The translations under genes were made by a program, and so were the position numbers. A stretch of DNA of 64,000 nt from Planctomycetota bacterium (GTDB lineage: Bacteria; Planctomycetota; JAJSAM01; JAJVHW01), in NCBI GenBank assembly GCA_965248445.1, contig CBDFJG010000004.1:896001-960000 (forward strand). Reading direction: 5' to 3'. This document shows positions 60,601 through 64,000 of this stretch, piece after piece; positions within the stretch are counted from its first letter, which is position 1; every line of letters begins with the position of its first letter. Under the pieces are notes generated by a model. It worked only from the letters and a program-made list of their open reading frames with translations, did not search any database and was not told the origin of the DNA.

Positions 60601-61730
60601 GCGTGCCTTCCGGCCAGTCGCACCAGCAGCGCGAGCGCGTCACCGGCTACGGCGTCGCCGTCACGCGCGCGGCCCGTGAGCTCGGCGGCGGCGACCTGTG
60701 CGAACCCGGACAGATCAAGGTCGGCGAAGTCCGCGTCGTCCGGCACCACGGCGAGGTCCGTGTGGCGCTCCCATTCCTCGACGGAGGCGAACACCGCACG
60801 CGCCGCGTCGATCATCTGGTCCAGCCGCGCCTTCTGCGTCAGCGTCAGCGTGCCGCGCAGCGTCAGCTTGAGGATGGTGCGGTCACGGTCCGGCAGTTCG
60901 CCGAGTTCGCGTGCCAGGTGGTCGAGGTCGGCACAGGAGTTCAGATCGTACGCCGCGGCCACGAACCGCCATCCGCCGACGGCGTGCTCCTCGACGCGGA
61001 CCGGCTCACCGAGCGTAACCACGAGCGCGTGACCCGGCCTCTGCTCGTCGAAGCGCGTCGGCTCCGGCGCACCCGAGTACCTCACGCGGCCCGTACCGCC
61101 GACCGCGAGAGCGGAGTGATGGTCGCCCAGCGCCACATAGTGCACGCGGCCGTCGTCGAGCGCCGACTCGCAGACGTCGAGCGAGATGGCCGCCGGGTCG
61201 TCCCGGTTCGGATTCATGGAGTCGACGCTGCCGTGGGCGACGAGGACGCGACGGACCCCCGTCGCGGCGGGCGACAGGTCGCGCAGCGCATCACTCACCA
61301 GATCGCTGACCGGCCGGCGGGACGTCCACGGCACGCCGACGAGTTCCACGCCGGGCACGACGGTGACGGGCGCGCGGTCCACCAGCACGTGCACGTGTTC
61401 CGGCGCATCCTCGCGGAACACCTGCGAGGTCAGGAGCGACGATGCGTCCAGCGCATCGTGATTGCCGGGCAGCAGGTAGACGGGCACGGTGAAGGCCCGC
61501 AGTGCGTCGCATGCGCGCGCCACGGTGCGCCTGCCGACCAGGTTCGTCTCGAAGACGTCTCCGGCCACGACGCAGAAGTCGCAGGCCTCGCGCTCAGCGA
61601 TCCGGGCGAGCGCACGGATCGCGTTGACGCGAGCTTCCGAGAACCGAGCCTGGGCGTCCTCGTCGAGGAAGTGCCGGGTCATCCCGAGCTGCCAGTCGGA
61701 GGTGTGCAGGAAGCGAATCGGTGTGCGCAC
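60597..61730 (-). CDS. Mre11/SbcD-like metallophosphoesterase nuclease
   Basis: HTSDWQLG, AGDVFE, PGNHD, AHG, ALGDHH, YSGAPEP. Confidence 0.9.
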   Translation of the reverse strand: MRTPIRFLHTSDWQLGMTRHFLDEDAQARFSEARVNAIRALARIAEREACDFCVVAGDVFETNLVGRRTVARACDALRAFTVPVYLLPGNHDALDASSLLTSQVFREDAPEHVHVLVDRAPVTVVPGVELVGVPWTSRRPVSDLVSDALRDLSPAATGVRRVLVAHGSVDSMNPNRDDPAAISLDVCESALDDGRVHYVALGDHHSALAVGGTGRVRYSGAPEPTRFDEQRPGHALVVTLGEPVRVEEHAVGGWRFVAAAYDLNSCADLDHLARELGELPDRDRTILKLTLRGTLTLTQKARLDQMIDAARAVFASVEEWERHTDLAVVPDDADFADLDLSGFAQVAAAELTGRARDGDAVAGDALALLVRLAGRHA

Positions 61731-61766
61731 GGGGAGTCGAGACTACGCACGGCACGGACAGGGCTC

Positions 61767-62753
61767 TCAGGCGTCGGCCAGCAGCTCCTCCCGCAGCTCC
61801 GGCAGGACGTCGCGCAACGAGCTCCGCGGAGTGCTGGCCAGCAGCGCGGTGTCCTCGGGATCGAGCGCACCGACGGTCTCGAGCGTGAGGGGCACGCCGG
61901 TGCCGGAGGGTAGGCGCACGTGCAGCGCGCCGAGATGGTGCGTCACGTCGCTCGCCTCGGGATTCACCTCGACCAGCAGCGCCCCCGCCTCGCGGGCGGC
62001 GTGCAGCAGCGGCCAGAGCGTGCTGACCTGCGCGGACGTGCCGACGGCGGGCGCGACGTCGGCCCGGCGCAGCTCCACGATCGCCCCCTCGTAGACACGC
62101 GTCGGTGCCATGTCGCCGAACATCACGACGCCGGGACGAACGGTGGGGCGGTCGCCGTCCCAGACGACGTCCTCGAACCGGTCCGACGGTCCCCAGACCA
62201 AGGAGTGATCACGCAGGTCCTTCCACACCCAGATCGATCCGTGGATGCGGTTGACGCCGCGACTGCCGGCCGCCTCGTGCAGCCCGTCCACGTTCTGCGT
62301 GTGGACACCGGCGAATGCACCGGGCCGCTTCTCTTGCGCGCGCGCGATCGCTGCGTGGGCGAGCGTCGACACCGCGTCGATCCCGAGCGAGCGGCGCCAG
62401 CAGTACCACTCGAGCGTGCGCCGCGGGTTGCGGCGGAACCCGTCGATGCTGGCGAGCTCCATGGGATCGACGTTCTTCCAGAGCGCCTCCCCGTCGGACC
62501 CGCGGAAGGTCGGGAAGCCCGCGTCGACGGAGATGCCCGCGCCGGAGAGCACCGCCACCCGTCCGCCGCGATCGCGCAGCGGCGCGAGGTCGGCGTTCGC
62601 CACGTCGCGCAACCGTCGCAGTTGCGCGAGCCGCACCTGGTCGACAGCGATCGCTGCCACCTGACGCGAAGAGAGGCCGTCACGCGCCGCCGGGAGCGAC
62701 GCGTGAGCGGCCTTGATCTCGTCGCCGGTGGTGTCCGCCCCGCGGGGGAACAC
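61767..62753 (-). CDS. Sirtuin (CobB-like NAD-dependent deacylase) lacking Zn-finger cysteines
   Basis: SGAGISVDAGFPTFRG, TQNVDGLHEAAGS, HGS, RPGVVMFG, VGTS, EVNP; start uncertain. Confidence 0.85.
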   Translation of the reverse strand: MFPRGADTTGDEIKAAHASLPAARDGLSSRQVAAIAVDQVRLAQLRRLRDVANADLAPLRDRGGRVAVLSGAGISVDAGFPTFRGSDGEALWKNVDPMELASIDGFRRNPRRTLEWYCWRRSLGIDAVSTLAHAAIARAQEKRPGAFAGVHTQNVDGLHEAAGSRGVNRIHGSIWVWKDLRDHSLVWGPSDRFEDVVWDGDRPTVRPGVVMFGDMAPTRVYEGAIVELRRADVAPAVGTSAQVSTLWPLLHAAREAGALLVEVNPEASDVTHHLGALHVRLPSGTGVPLTLETVGALDPEDTALLASTPRSSLRDVLPELREELLADA

Positions 62754-62819
62754 CTCCGTCGCGATGGTCAGCGCCGTGTCGCTGGTGACGTCCCCGCCTC
62801 CTCCTCGTTTCCTGAGCGG

Positions 62820-64000
62820 CTACTCGCTGCCGAGTTCCGGGAACGTCGTCGTCAGCACTGGCACACCGCCGTTGTCCAGGATCGCGAGCGGCTGACCGCC
62901 GAGGCGCACGGCGTTGAAGTCCGGCGGGAGCTTGCCGCGCCGCGTGTCGATGCCGAAGCCGCCCGCGCCGGCCGGGCTGCGTGTCGTGAACGTGCCCAGC
63001 GTCGTGCGCGTGCCCGAAGGTGTGGTGGCGACCGCGGTGTACGGCGCACCGGACCGCGGTAGATCGACGATCCGGACGCGCAGCCGCTGCACGCGGCGAT
63101 TAGGGAGTTGTTCCACGGACACGGTCATCTCACCGATGCCGGGACCGCCGATCGATGTGAGCTGGACGGTCGCTGCAGACCGCGCGTGTCCGACCGGCGA
63201 GATGTCCTCGTCCACGGCGGAGAGCGGCGCGATGTCGCCGCGCAGCCGCACCGAACTTCCGATTCGGACCTCGATCAGTCCTCCGTTGAACTCGCTCCAC
63301 CGGACGATGCCCGACGGCAGAGCCGCCCGCCGCGTGTCGAGCAACAGGCTGGCGCCCGTCTGCGGTTCACGGGCCATGTCGCCCAGTTCGACGAAGCGGT
63401 TGGCTGCCGCGTTGATGACGCGCACGCGGCAGACCGACGTGTTCGTGCCGGTGAGGACGCCGGGTGCGCGCACCACGAGTCGATTGCGCACCTCGCCGTT
63501 CTCGTACTCGTCGGTCCCGAATCGGAAGCTGCCCGGAGCGTTGAACGGCGGGATCAGCGCTTCGAAGTGTCCGTACACTTCGGACGTGGCGGCCGAGCGT
63601 CCGGCCCGCGCGACGTCGAATGCGGGAACCGTGCCCCGCAGCACCGCGCCCGTGGGACCCCGCACCTCGATCGTCGCTCCGGCCTGCGCACGCAGACCGT
63701 CTCCCGGCACAGGGAACAACCGCTCGACGCGCCGCAGGCGCAAGCGGCCGCGCTCGCGTCGGTTCACGCGCACGCGGCCGAGACGCACCTCATCCCCGGC
63801 GACGGGAACCAGGAACGCCTCGTACACCGGGAGTCCGCCCGTCGCGGTGGGGGTGACGTCGAGCTGCTCTGCGTCGATGAACACGAAGCCGCGTTCACGC
63901 CCTGTCTTGCGGACCGCGGACAGCAGCTCGAACGTGCCCGTCGCGACCCCGCCCGTCGTCGAGATGAGGTCGCCAGCCGAGCGCAGCCGGATCGCCCGGC
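62820..64000 (-). CDS. Hypothetical beta-rich protein with internal repeats (starts beyond right edge)
   Basis: Open frame from the edge; repeated DTRR...LP...GG.IEVR...VL.G module. Confidence 0.55.
   Translation of the reverse strand, partial: RAIRLRSAGDLISTTGGVATGTFELLSAVRKTGRERGFVFIDAEQLDVTPTATGGLPVYEAFLVPVAGDEVRLGRVRVNRRERGRLRLRRVERLFPVPGDGLRAQAGATIEVRGPTGAVLRGTVPAFDVARAGRSAATSEVYGHFEALIPPFNAPGSFRFGTDEYENGEVRNRLVVRAPGVLTGTNTSVCRVRVINAAANRFVELGDMAREPQTGASLLLDTRRAALPSGIVRWSEFNGGLIEVRIGSSVRLRGDIAPLSAVDEDISPVGHARSAATVQLTSIGGPGIGEMTVSVEQLPNRRVQRLRVRIVDLPRSGAPYTAVATTPSGTRTTLGTFTTRSPAGAGGFGIDTRRGKLPPDFNAVRLGGQPLAILDNGGVPVLTTTFPELGSE

Overview
High-GC bacterial DNA. The gene repertoire (prenyltransferase-repeat protein, REC-HATPase, kinase-STAND-TPR, multiheme/nucleotidase fusion) suggests a Planctomycetota-like genome, but this is inference. 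Positions 1-9714 carry a tightly coupled minus-strand siphovirus-type tail operon: small virion-like protein, tail tube, inserted endonuclease VII, G/GT chaperone, tape measure, DUF2460-like distal tail, gpL-like Fe-S protein, gpI/J-like tip and FN3 protein. The operon starts with no head, terminase, portal or neck genes upstream. Next come a divergent H-NS-like gene, a cleanly inserted IS1380 (CTAG duplication), an att-like repeat cluster (11950-12084) and a 5'-truncated ggt. The remaining ~50 kb is mostly ordinary chromosome: vWA+kinase pair, M16 peptidase, UbiB kinase, DEAD helicase, LtrA, beta-propeller+MoaD pair, serpin, multiheme cytochrome, kinase-STAND-TPR+YdjC, tpx, TupABC, class IV aminotransferase+sulfotransferase-like pair and a sirtuin-Mre11-Rad50-like trio. 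Several 1-2 nt frameshifts at homopolymers and very long G runs suggest long-read consensus errors, so pseudogene calls are tentative. The best novelty candidate is the apparently head-less tail module at an element end.
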